NCBI GenBank assembly: GCA_963749075.1
Contig: CAVVLJ010000022.1
Span: 64,001-128,000, forward strand
Reading direction: 5' to 3'
DNA length: 64,000 bases
From: an uncultured Pseudomonadota bacterium
Lineage (GTDB): Bacteria > Pseudomonadota > Alphaproteobacteria > JACZXZ01
Both the position numbers and the translations under genes were made by a program. The notes below the pieces were generated by a model. The model had not been told where the DNA came from and did not search any database. It saw only the letters and a list, made by a program, of their open reading frames with translations. Positions 11,622 through 20,810 of the stretch are shown in pieces; position 1 is the first letter of the stretch, and each line of letters opens with the position of its first letter.

Positions 11622-12508
11622 GCGGCACCCGCCTTGGCGACGAGCTCGGCGAGCAGCGCCGGCAGGCCCGCGCGCCAGTCCGGCTGCGCGATTGCGAAGG
11701 CGGCGGCGATCTTGCCGCAGTCCATCGTCGAGTTGGCGGGCCGCCGCGCCGGCAGTAGATAGTCGGCCGTCGCGATCGGCACCACCGGCACGCGCTTGCC
11801 GAGGTGGGGTGCTGCCGCCTCGACGATGGCGCCGGCAAAGCCCCACCAGCTCGTCGCGGGCGCGCCGCAGAAATGGTAGGTCCCCCAGGCGTCCTCGCCG
11901 CGGCGCAGGCTGCGCGCGATCTTGAGCAAGGCCTCCGCGATGCTTGCGGCCGGCGTCGGGCCGCCCTTCTGATCCTCGACGATGCGGAGCGACGGCCGCT
12001 CGCCGGCGAGCCGCACGATCGTCTTCACGAAATTGGCGCCATGTGCGCTATAGACCCAGGCCGTGCGCAGGATGACGTGCTGCGCGTGGCGCTGGCGCAG
12101 GGCCTCCTCGCCGGCGAGCTTGCTCGCCCCGTAGACGCCGAGCGGCGCCGTCGCATCGCTCTCGACATAAGGACCCGCCTTGCTTCCGTCGAAGACGTAG
12201 TCGGTCGAGACGTGGAGGAGCGGGAGGGCGCTCTCCCGGCAGGCGTCCGCGAGGTTCGCCGTGCCGTCGCGATTGACCGCAAAGGCGGCCTCGCGCTCGC
12301 TCTCCGCCTTGTCGACAGCCGTGTAGGCCGCGGCATTGATGACGAGGGCCGGCGCCGCCTCGAGGATCGCGGCGCGCACGCGCGCCGCATCGCGGATGTC
12401 GAGCGCGCCGTGGGGGACCCCCACGATGGGCTCCCGCTGCGCATCGTGGCGCCGCATGAGCTCGCGACCGAGCTGGCCGCCCGCGCCGCAGACGAAGATG
12501 GGGCGCAT
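11618..12508 (-). CDS. rfbD: dTDP-4-dehydrorhamnose reductase
   Basis: [38 protein letters not shown]. Confidence 0.96.
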   Translation of the reverse strand: MRPIFVCGAGGQLGRELMRRHDAQREPIVGVPHGALDIRDAARVRAAILEAAPALVINAAAYTAVDKAESEREAAFAVNRDGTANLADACRESALPLLHVSTDYVFDGSKAGPYVESDATAPLGVYGASKLAGEEALRQRHAQHVILRTAWVYSAHGANFVKTIVRLAGERPSLRIVEDQKGGPTPAASIAEALLKIARSLRRGEDAWGTYHFCGAPATSWWGFAGAIVEAAAPHLGKRVPVVPIATADYLLPARRPANSTMDCGKIAAAFAIAQPDWRAGLPALLAELVAKAGAA

Positions 12509-12515
12509 CGCCGGC

Positions 12516-13580
12516 TCAGCCTCCAGCCGCGCGGTCGAGGCCCAGGCGCTCGCCGCGGTAGCGCTTCTCGACGAGCGGCCGCCACCACGGCTCGTTGGCG
12601 AGATACCACTCGATCGTGCGCGCGAGCCCGGTCTCGAAATCGACCGAGGGGGCGACCCCGAGCTCGCGCTCGACGCGCGTGGCGTCGATGGCGTAGCGGA
12701 GGTCGTGGCCCGGCCGGTCCTCGACGAAGGCGATGAGCTCGGCGTAGGAGCCGCGCCGGCGCGGGCGCAAGCAGTCGAGCGCGGCGCAGATCGCGCGCAC
12801 CACCTGGAGATTGCCGCGCTCGCTCTTCCCGCCGATGTTGTAGCTCGTACCCGGCCGCCCCGCCGTCGCCACCCTAAAGAGCGCCCGCGCATGGTCCTCG
12901 ACGTAGAGCCAATCGCGCACGTTCTCGCCGCTGCCGTAGACGGGCAGCGCCTTCTCCGCGAGGCAGTTGGTGATCATGAGGGGGATGAGCTTCTCGGGGA
13001 ACTGATAGGGCCCGTAGTTGTTGGAGCAGTTGCTGACGACGACGGGGAGGCCGTAGGTATGGTGCCAGGCGCGCGCGAGATGGTCGGAGGCCGCCTTGCT
13101 CGCCGAATAGGGCGAGCTCGGGCGATAGGGCGACTCCTCGCCGAAGGCGCCCTCCTCTCCGAGCGCGCCGAAGACCTCGTCCGTCGAGACGTGGTGGAAG
13201 CGGAACGCCTCGCGCGCGGGCGCGTCCAGGCCGCGCCAATAGCTCAAGGCGGCCTCGAGCAGCACGTAGGTGCCGACGACGTTGGTCGCGATGAAGCTCG
13301 CCGGACCGTCGATCGAGCGGTCGACGTGGCTCTCCGCCGCGAGGTTCATGACCACGTCGGGGCGGTGGCGGCGGAGAATTGCCGACATCGCCGCGGCGTC
13401 GCCGATGTCGTGCTGCTCGAAGCGGTAGCGCGCGTCGTCGGCGACGCTCGCGACGGTGCGCAGGTCCCCCGCATAGGTGAGCTTGTCGACGTTGACGACC
13501 GCGGCCCCGGTCTCGCGGATGAGATAGCGCACGACCGCGGAGCCGATGAACCCCGCCCCGCCGGTCACCATGATCTTCAT
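12516..13580 (-). CDS. rfbB: dTDP-glucose 4,6-dehydratase
   Basis: [45 protein letters not shown]. Confidence 0.97.
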   Translation of the reverse strand: MKIMVTGGAGFIGSAVVRYLIRETGAAVVNVDKLTYAGDLRTVASVADDARYRFEQHDIGDAAAMSAILRRHRPDVVMNLAAESHVDRSIDGPASFIATNVVGTYVLLEAALSYWRGLDAPAREAFRFHHVSTDEVFGALGEEGAFGEESPYRPSSPYSASKAASDHLARAWHHTYGLPVVVSNCSNNYGPYQFPEKLIPLMITNCLAEKALPVYGSGENVRDWLYVEDHARALFRVATAGRPGTSYNIGGKSERGNLQVVRAICAALDCLRPRRRGSYAELIAFVEDRPGHDLRYAIDATRVERELGVAPSVDFETGLARTIEWYLANEPWWRPLVEKRYRGERLGLDRAAGG

Positions 13581-13607
13581 GTTCCGCCCCCGCCCGGCGC
13601 CATCGCC

Positions 13608-14159
13608 TCAGCCGGCGTAGACGAAGGGGCTCGCGACCTCGGCGAGCGGCGGGTGCCGCCGGTCCTTGTCCGAGAGGACGGCGCGCGCGGCGTCGACCGG
13701 CCATGGGATGCCGATCGCCGGATCGTTCCACAGGATGCCGCGGTCGTGCGCCGCGGAATAATAGGCGTCGACCTTGTAGAGCACCATGGTCTCTGGCGCC
13801 AACGTGCAGAAGCCGTGGAGGAAGCCGCGCGGGACGAGGAGCTGGTTGAGCTTCTCGGCGGTGAGCTCGGCCGCGACCCATTGGCCGTAGCTGGGCGAGC
13901 CGCGGCGGAAATCGACGGCCACGTCGTAGATTGCGCCGCTGAGCACGGTGACGAGCTTGGCCTGGGCGAAGGGCGGCGCCTGGTAATGCAGGCCGCGCAC
14001 GGTGCCGGCGTCGCGCGAGAGCGAGAGATTGTCCTGGAGGAAATCGCTCTCCGGATGGCTGCGCCGCGTGAAGGTCTCGCAGAAGAAGCCGCGGCTGTCG
14101 GCGAACTTCCTGGGCGAGAACAGCTTGACCTCCGGGATTGCAAGCGAAGCCGTCTCCAT
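13608..14159 (-). CDS. rfbC: dTDP-4-dehydrorhamnose 3,5-epimerase
   Basis: DSRGFFCE, QDNLSLS, VRGLHYQ, GFLHGF, WNDPAIGIPWP, SDKD. Confidence 0.95.
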   Translation of the reverse strand: METASLAIPEVKLFSPRKFADSRGFFCETFTRRSHPESDFLQDNLSLSRDAGTVRGLHYQAPPFAQAKLVTVLSGAIYDVAVDFRRGSPSYGQWVAAELTAEKLNQLLVPRGFLHGFCTLAPETMVLYKVDAYYSAAHDRGILWNDPAIGIPWPVDAARAVLSDKDRRHPPLAEVASPFVYAG

Positions 14160-14372
14160 CCGAATGCCTCCGGATTTCCGTGCCTTCCGCCCCCCGATGC
14201 GAGGCTTGTTAATTGGGATCTCGGCGACTGTCTCTGCCGCGGCGTAGATTTTAGCACGAGCGCTTTCCGCGTCAGAAGCCTCTTGTGGGCCTCTTGTGGG
14301 CGAGCGCAGGGACCCCGCCGGGCCCGCCAGAAATGAGCTCCTCATGTTGATCCGCGCCTTGGTGTGGCCATT

Positions 14373-14445
14373 TTGGCTTCCTCGTATCCCTGCAGAATGC
14401 TATCGTCCACCGCGATTCTTCCTCATCTCGGGAATCTTGGTTCAA
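14373..14445 (+). repeat. dispersed repeat family 2, copy B
   Basis: Matches 6866-6938. Confidence 0.8.
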
Positions 14446-14638
14446 GGCCAGGTAAAGCGTGCCCCGAGAGGGGCGCGCGATGCGGGGACCGGAGTGCGGT
14501 CCAATTCGCCGTGCGCCACCCCCCGTTCGGAGCCGGAGAGCGTGGTCCAGAGCCGGCGCAAGTCAGGATAATGCGTTGACAGAAGAGCCACAAGCACAGC
14601 TTGGTGACGATCGAACGTCGGTCGGGGCGGAGTCGCGT

Positions 14639-14839
14639 GCGACCTTCCCCTACCCGATCTACGCCAAATGGGCGGATGCCTACAAGACGAAGACCGGCAT
14701 CGGGCTCAACTACCAGTCGATCGGCTCCGGCGGGGGGATCAAGCAGATCAAGGCCAAGACGGTCGACTTCGGCGCCTCCGACATGCCGCTCGATCCCAAG
14801 GACCTCGACGAAGCCGGCCTCATGCAGTTCCCCATGATC
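14639..14839 (+). pseudogene. pstS: internal fragment of phosphate-binding protein PstS
   Basis: [46 protein letters not shown]; no signal peptide or C-terminal part. Confidence 0.9.
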
Positions 14840-15048
14840 TGCGCCCACGGAATGTGCGGCTGGGTCGCTTGAAGTTCGGACGGCACGCGGCGCGCGGCTT
14901 CCGACACGATCTCGATGCCCCGTTGAATGCCGTGGCGCAGAAGCCAGTCGGCGCCATAATCGTCGAGGGTTTTCCCGCGGCTGGCGTTATCGATTCCGTC
15001 GATCGCCTCGAGGATGGCGCGAAGTGCCGGGCGGACGAGCCGCTCCAT
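14831..15048 (-). pseudogene. HepT/DUF86 HEPN toxin, 3'-truncated
   Basis: [26 protein letters not shown], then homology stops before the RNase motif. Confidence 0.82.
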
Positions 15049-15344
15049 CAGAAGATTCGTTCGGCCGCAGCCGCGATCCGATCCCGAAGCAGCGGGTCCA
15101 AGCTGTCCCGCGTTGTCAAATCAACGGGGACGCCGAGGCGCCGCTCCAGGAGCTGCTTGATCCCGACCAGCTCGACAAGAGAAAAGCGGCTGCCAAGATC
15201 ATAATCGATGAAGAGATCAAGATCGCTGGATCCGATCGCGCCATCGCGAGCCGTTGATCCGAACAGATACAGCGCCGTCGCCCCGAGCGCCTTCACGGCC
15301 TCGGCTTGCTCCTTCAGCGCCGCGATCGCATCGTGCCGTCTCAT
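15048..15344 (-). CDS. MNT-family minimal nucleotidyltransferase antitoxin
   Basis: LYLFGSTARD..SDLDLFIDY..LGVPVDLTT; its stop overlaps the HEPN start. Confidence 0.9.
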   Translation of the reverse strand: MRRHDAIAALKEQAEAVKALGATALYLFGSTARDGAIGSSDLDLFIDYDLGSRFSLVELVGIKQLLERRLGVPVDLTTRDSLDPLLRDRIAAAAERIF

Positions 15345-15475
15345 GGCCGCGCATTCTACAGCCATTCCCCGGGCCTGACCAACCTTACGGCATCGCCTTC
15401 CGATATCGCCGGTCCGCTTCGCTGGCGCCTCGGCGTCCAAACGCGCGGGCTATACGCGAATCAGCACGGGATTGC

Positions 15476-16438
15476 CTACCGGACCGCTTGCACCCAGCGG
15501 CGGTACCGCCCGTCTCCCCGAAAGACCGCGCGGAACACGGCATCCGACGCCGCACCCGCCGGAAGCGGGATCGCGAAGCGTCCCTCCGCATCCGTCCTTG
15601 CCTCGCCGATGACGCCGTATCCCGGCCGCAGGAGGATGCGCGCGCGGCCGATTTCCCTGCCGTGGCCGTCGAGGAAGATGACGACGAGGAAGCCGATGTC
15701 CTCAGGGCTCGCACTCATGCGGACAAGCCCGCCGAAAGTGAAGGCGGCATCGGCGGTCACGCGGAAGGGTGCTGAATGGAGGTAGAGGCTCTCAGAGGGA
15801 CGGGTGACGATGCGGAGGTGCCGCTCGCCCGCCGGCCCATCGCGCATGACCGCGGCCGCGGCCGTGCCGTGAGCGTCCCAGCCGGCAAGACCGCGCGCGA
15901 AGCCGCGCTCCACCGCGGCGGTGCCGCCCGAAGTCTCCCGGTAATGGAGCGCTGCGATCCTGACCTCGCTGGCACCCGTGCAGGCGCAGCCGATGTTGAT
16001 CTCGGGGCCGACCACGGCGCTGACCGCCGCCGCCGGGACGGTGCCGCGGACGCTCTCCTCGATGGGAAATCCCGGCCCGCTCGGCTCGAGGCCCTCGAGC
16101 GACACCGGCACCTCCGCGATGGGCCGCCCGGCGGGGTCGCGCAAGCGCCCCTCGACCGTGCTCCCGACCCGCCGGGCCTCCAAGGAGGGTATCGGCCGGA
16201 AGTAGCTCGCGACCAGATAGGTCAAGGTCCCGGGCGACGTCTCAGGCAGAACGCGGGTGGGATTTGCATTCCAGGACTGAAAGACGATTTGCTCGGGCGG
16301 CGACCCCGCTGTCTCGTCATAGGCCTCGTAATGGGCGATCGCGTCCGCGACCCAGGCCCGATCCGTCTTGTCCTCGGGGCTCCCGTCGTAAATCACGCCC
16401 AAGGGAATGCCCTTCGCGCGAAAGAGGGCGGCGAGGCG
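15476..16438 (-). pseudogene. 5'-truncated hypothetical protein (possible carbohydrate-active or Ig-like domains)
   Basis: Long codon-biased frame (GIPLGVIYDG..IVFQSW..PTRVLPE) with no proper start; it abuts another fragment. Confidence 0.55.
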
Positions 16439-16773
16439 GGTTCTTGATAGGCGTCCCTGGAACCGGGCGGCTGTTCGCGATAAAGCCCGAGGCATTGCGC
16501 GGCTGGGTCAGCGGGTCGGTGCCGATCGGGCGGATACTGGTCGCTCTCGAGAGGCGCGGTTGGCTGGTGAGGGGTGCCGACGGCAAGACCACGCGCCAGG
16601 TCGTGGTCCCCGGCTTGGGGCGACGGCGGTACTATTGCTTGCTGCCGCACGCGGTGGGGCCGAACGAGATCTTGCAACGGAGCGAGAGGCAAGCTGCGCC
16701 GCCAGCGGCCAATAACATCCGCATGCCCGCCGCTGCGCCCCGAAGGCCACTCGGGCCGCTCACCTGGGAGTAG
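16435..16773 (+). pseudogene. C-terminal fragment resembling DUF927 replication/helicase proteins
   Basis: LERRGWLVRGADGKTTRQVVVPGLGRRRYYCL resembles the winged-helix tail of that family (from recall). Confidence 0.4.
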
Positions 16774-16861
16774 GGAGCGGACTCGACATTTGTCGCAACG
16801 ATATTGTGACGGTCCACCATCAGCTCTCGCTGTATTCCTCTTCAGACCTCCAACGCATAAT

Positions 16862-16912
16862 CAACTCAGTAGGAAACCCCCGTTTCCTACTATGTCGCGC
16901 TCCGATTGAGCG
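16862..16912 (-). repeat. dispersed repeat family 1, copy C, with perfect palindrome AGTAGGAAAC-N4-GTTTCCTACT (16868-16891)
   Basis: Immediately downstream of the second XRE stop; aligns ungapped with copies A and B. Confidence 0.8.
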
Positions 16913-16916
16913 GCAG

Positions 16917-17348
16917 TCAACGTCTCGCGCGGGACCGTGCCTTTTCGTTGCCCTCCGCCAACGTGAAAATCAGGTCGGCCAATGATTTCCGAACGGTGAG
17001 ATTCGTAATGCGAAGGAGTGCACGCAGGAATTCCAAAGTCTCGCGCTTATACGGCGGCTCAATCTCCTGACGGGCTGCCTGATGGTCGCCATGTCGGTTG
17101 GGTTCTATGCCCTCAAAGAAAAAAGGTACCGGGACGGCCAGGACATGTGCAAATTGGTAGAGTTTGCTCGCGCTGATGCGACTAGCTCCATTTTCGTACT
17201 TTTGAACCTGCTGAAACGTGATGCCCACCGCCTTGCCGAGCTGGGATTGATTCATGCCCAGAAGGGTACGACGCATCCGCAGTCTACCTCCGGCTTGCCG
17301 GTCGACCTCCAATTGCCCTTTAGAGCGATGTCCCCGGGGTTTGCGCAC
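16917..17348 (-). CDS. XRE-family HTH transcriptional regulator (paralogue of 2302-2716)
   Basis: RLRMRRTLLGMNQSQLGKAVGITFQQVQKYENGASRISASKL..YKRETL. Confidence 0.9.
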   Translation of the reverse strand: MRKPRGHRSKGQLEVDRQAGGRLRMRRTLLGMNQSQLGKAVGITFQQVQKYENGASRISASKLYQFAHVLAVPVPFFFEGIEPNRHGDHQAARQEIEPPYKRETLEFLRALLRITNLTVRKSLADLIFTLAEGNEKARSRARR

Positions 17349-17381
17349 TGCTGAGGCTAGGTCGCGCTCTGGAGCTGGTCG

Positions 17382-18365
17382 TTAGTGGCCAAGGACAGGA
17401 TGGGGTCGGTAGGCTTCTTCCAGCATCCTGGCATCATCAGGCTCCAACACGAGGCTGACGGCTGCGGCCGCCTCCTTCAAATGATGCAGTTTGGTTGCCC
17501 CTATAATGGGCGCAGTAACACCGGGGCGGTTCGCCAACCATGCAAGCGCCACCTGCGCCGGCGTAACTCCGATCTTAGTGGCAACCAGCTTCACTCGATC
17601 GACAACTGCGAAATCCTCTGGCTGGAAATACATGCTTTGGGAAAACTCGTCATGTTTGGCGCGAACAGTCTCTCCCTGCTTGCCCTCGGCGACTCGGTTG
17701 CCGGCAAGAAATCCGCGCGCCAATGGGCTCCAGGGAATGATCCCCACGCCCTCGGCCCGGCAAAGCGGGATCATTTCTCGCTCTTCCTCGCGATAGATCA
17801 GGTTGTAGTGGTTCTGCATGGAGACGAAGCGCGACCAACCGTGCCGGTCGGAGACATGGAGTGAGTGGCTAAATTGCCACGCGAACATGCTAGAGGCGCC
17901 GAGGTATCGTACCTTGCCCGATCGTACGAGATCGTTCAGGGCATCTAGGGTTTCCTCAATTGGGGTCTCATAGTCCCAGCGGTGAATCTGATAGAGGTCG
18001 ACGTAATCGGTCGCCAGACGTTTCAGCGTGCCGTCAATAGACTCCATGATGTGCTTGCGCGACAGTCCGCCCTCATTAGCGCCTTCGCCCACCTTGTAAT
18101 AGACCTTGCTGGTAATCACTGTATTGCCGCGCGGAGCACCGAAATCGCGCAAAGCCCGCCCCAGCACTGTCTCACTGGCACCAAGCGAATAGATGTCGGC
18201 GGTGTCGAAGAAATTGACGCCAAGCTCTAAGGCTTCGCGGATGAACGGCCGGGCCGCCTCCTCGTCCAATACCCAAGGGCGCCATTTGGAAGAACCGTAG
18301 GTCAGGCAGCCAAGAGCCAAACGCGAGACCTTGAGGCCGGTATTGCCTAGGCGGACGTAATCCAT
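17382..18365 (-). CDS. aldo/keto reductase
   Basis: LGNTGLKVSRLALG, FFDTADIYSLG, DLYQIHRWD, IPWSPLARG. Confidence 0.95.
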   Translation of the reverse strand: MDYVRLGNTGLKVSRLALGCLTYGSSKWRPWVLDEEAARPFIREALELGVNFFDTADIYSLGASETVLGRALRDFGAPRGNTVITSKVYYKVGEGANEGGLSRKHIMESIDGTLKRLATDYVDLYQIHRWDYETPIEETLDALNDLVRSGKVRYLGASSMFAWQFSHSLHVSDRHGWSRFVSMQNHYNLIYREEEREMIPLCRAEGVGIIPWSPLARGFLAGNRVAEGKQGETVRAKHDEFSQSMYFQPEDFAVVDRVKLVATKIGVTPAQVALAWLANRPGVTAPIIGATKLHHLKEAAAAVSLVLEPDDARMLEEAYRPHPVLGH

Positions 18366-18699
18366 GGTGGCATCTCCAAAGCTAGACGCGCTGGCTGAAC
18401 ATGAAACCTTGATGCGGCGATCAACACTGTGGTGCTTCCACGTCCGCGCGGGGGGCGAGAGTCTCGAGCCTCGTTCGGCGTCCAAACGGGGGCGTTGCAT
18501 TCCTTGGCACCTCGAACGAATATCGGAGGAGCTGAATAGTTTCGCGTGCTGCTCGCGTCTCCTGCTCTTTGCTGTCCAACGCAAAAAATCTCGCGGCCGA
18601 TCACGTTTGAAGACGCGGACCATAGGAGAGCGAGGACACCAGACTCAAGATGCACGTCGACCATTGCATGACAAGGTGCTGCATTCGGCGCCAATTCAT

Positions 18700-19698
18700 T
18701 CAACCCTTGAACAGGGGCTCTGGCACGCCCGTGACACCGGGCCGAAACGCGAATAGGCTGCCGGCCTGCGGTTGGCTGGACAGATCGCTTGTCGGGCGAA
18801 TTGAGGTGATAAAAAGGATGTCCAGTGTACGCCCGCCGAATGCGACCATGCTGGGTTTGGCGATGGGCAGCGCGACGCGCCGATCAATTCGCCCGGCCGG
18901 CGTCAGACGCACCAGCTCCCAACCGTCATTACCCGCCATCCAATAGCAGCCGTCGGCGTCACAGCACCCGCCGTCGGGTCGACCTGGCATGCCGTGCGTA
19001 TCAAGAAAAACACGCCGGTTGGCAATGTGACCGTCCGAAGGGCTGAAGTCCCAAGCCCAGATCGTGCGCACCGTGGGATGGGAATCGGAGTGATATAGGG
19101 TGCGGCCATCAGGGCTGAAGGCGAGGCCGTTGGGGGTCATTAGTCCGCGGACGACGGCTGTACATTCGCTATCACCGGCGAGGCGGTACAGGGTGCCATC
19201 GTGGCGAGCGGATTTAGGTGGATCATGCATAGTCCCGACCCAGAAGCGGCCGGCTCGGTCACAACGCCCGTCGTTCATACGGTTGTGCGGCAGATTGCTT
19301 TCCGGACTGGCGACTAGTTGCCGCCTGCCTGAGGCAAGCTCGTAGCGGTAAATGCCGGATTTTAACGCGACCAGGGCGATACCCTCGGTCTCGCAAAGTG
19401 CAAAGGAGCCTATCGCCTCGCCCATAGACCATATTCGATCGCTTCCTACAGATGGGTCGAAGCAGTGGAGATTTCCCGCATAAATATCAATCCAATAAAG
19501 GCTCTGACTGCGCCCGCACCAGATCGGGCACTCGCCCAGCTCAACCCGTACGTCAAGCACGCATTCAATCTGCGACGCCGGAATGTATCTTCCCTTCCCG
19601 GGCGGAAGCGTCCCTTTAACTAGTCCCCGGGGATTGGCGACCGGTTTCGGTCTTCTATGCTGTCTCTTGGGTTTGCCGCCGGGCTGATCAAATTTCAT
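18700..19698 (-). CDS. SMP-30/gluconolactonase family lactonase
   Basis: LGECPIW, RMNDGRCDRAGRFWVGTM, PNGLAFSPDG, GRPDG. Confidence 0.92.
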   Translation of the reverse strand: MKFDQPGGKPKRQHRRPKPVANPRGLVKGTLPPGKGRYIPASQIECVLDVRVELGECPIWCGRSQSLYWIDIYAGNLHCFDPSVGSDRIWSMGEAIGSFALCETEGIALVALKSGIYRYELASGRRQLVASPESNLPHNRMNDGRCDRAGRFWVGTMHDPPKSARHDGTLYRLAGDSECTAVVRGLMTPNGLAFSPDGRTLYHSDSHPTVRTIWAWDFSPSDGHIANRRVFLDTHGMPGRPDGGCCDADGCYWMAGNDGWELVRLTPAGRIDRRVALPIAKPSMVAFGGRTLDILFITSIRPTSDLSSQPQAGSLFAFRPGVTGVPEPLFKG

Positions 19699-19702
19699 TG
19701 TA

Positions 19703-20734
19703 TCACCCGGCAGACGCAAAGACTTGGAGCACGGTCGATACATCCTCGAGATTGATATGGCGATGGGTGACGAATCGCAGCACTCCCTTGCCGACGACCG
19801 ATGTCAATATCCCATGTTGCTGAAGCAACCCCAACCACTGCTCCGGGTTTCTTCTCGTATGGCCAATTCTCACCATCACGATATTCGTTTCGACTTCACC
19901 CGGCTCCACGAAGGAGGGATCGATTTTGTGAAGTCCTTGCGCCAGTGCCTGTGCCGTCCGGTGATCGTCCTGCAAACGCTCGACCATCTGGCTTAGGGCG
20001 ACTAGCCCTGCAGCGGCAATGATCCCTGCCTGTCGCATAGTGCCCCCGACCATCCTTCGGAACGCGCGGCTGCGCTCGATAAATGTCTTCGAACCGGCCA
20101 GCAGCGAGCCGACCGGAGCACTCAAACCCTTTGATAGACAGGTGGAAACCGAATCACAGTGATTGGCAACGGCCGCGGCTTTGGCTCCTAGCGCCGTCGC
20201 CGCGTTGAATATCCGCGAACCGTCAAGGTGCACATGGGCGCCGTTTTGATGCGCGAGGTCGGCGACCGCACGCATGTGATCAAGGGCTAACACGGCACCG
20301 CCGGCAGCAACGTGGGTCGTTTCCATGCAGACTATTGAAGTGGCAAGTTGACGCCGTGTGAGCGATGGCGACAGGCACATTCGGAGTTCTTCGATGTCCA
20401 TGGCCCCCCTGCGTCCGGCCACGCCTCTATATGACATTCCAGCCAATGTTGCGACACCGCCCATTTCGGACCGCACGATATGGCTGGTCGCTTCGAGAAC
20501 GACCTCGCCACCTGGCTTGGAGCAGCAAAGAAGCGTAAGAAGATTTGCCATGGTGCCTGAAGGGGTAAGCACTGCGGCCTCTTTACCGAGCATCGCAGCG
20601 GCGACGGATTCGAGTTGCTGAACGGTCGGATCGTCGCCCCAGCCGTCGTCTCCAAGCGGCGCGGCGCGCATCGCCTCGTACATGGCCTCGGTCGGCTTTG
20701 TGACCGTATCGCTTCGCATATCGATGATTGGCAT
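19703..20734 (-). CDS. low-specificity L-threonine aldolase family (PLP)
   Basis: DMRSDTVTKPT, SGTMAN, HLDGSRIFNA, CLSKGLSAPVGS, MRQAG. Confidence 0.93.
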   Translation of the reverse strand: MPIIDMRSDTVTKPTEAMYEAMRAAPLGDDGWGDDPTVQQLESVAAAMLGKEAAVLTPSGTMANLLTLLCCSKPGGEVVLEATSHIVRSEMGGVATLAGMSYRGVAGRRGAMDIEELRMCLSPSLTRRQLATSIVCMETTHVAAGGAVLALDHMRAVADLAHQNGAHVHLDGSRIFNAATALGAKAAAVANHCDSVSTCLSKGLSAPVGSLLAGSKTFIERSRAFRRMVGGTMRQAGIIAAAGLVALSQMVERLQDDHRTAQALAQGLHKIDPSFVEPGEVETNIVMVRIGHTRRNPEQWLGLLQQHGILTSVVGKGVLRFVTHRHINLEDVSTVLQVFASAG

Positions 20735-20810
20735 GGCTCGGTTCGCGCTGTGAGCAGTACTGGCGAGGCTGCCAACATGGGGCAGCCTCGCCAAGGGGAT
20801 AACGTCCGCC

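Noticed and set aside
14278-14299. Tandem 11-mer GCCTCTTGTGG x2
   Set aside because: Two units only, no spacers or supporting context; not CRISPR
9236-14336. Long antisense or alternate-frame ORFs (for example 9236-11392 and 12336-14336; likewise 41862-44072 and 51396-53111)
   Set aside because: Stop-poor shadows of GC-rich genes with Arg/Ala-biased translations
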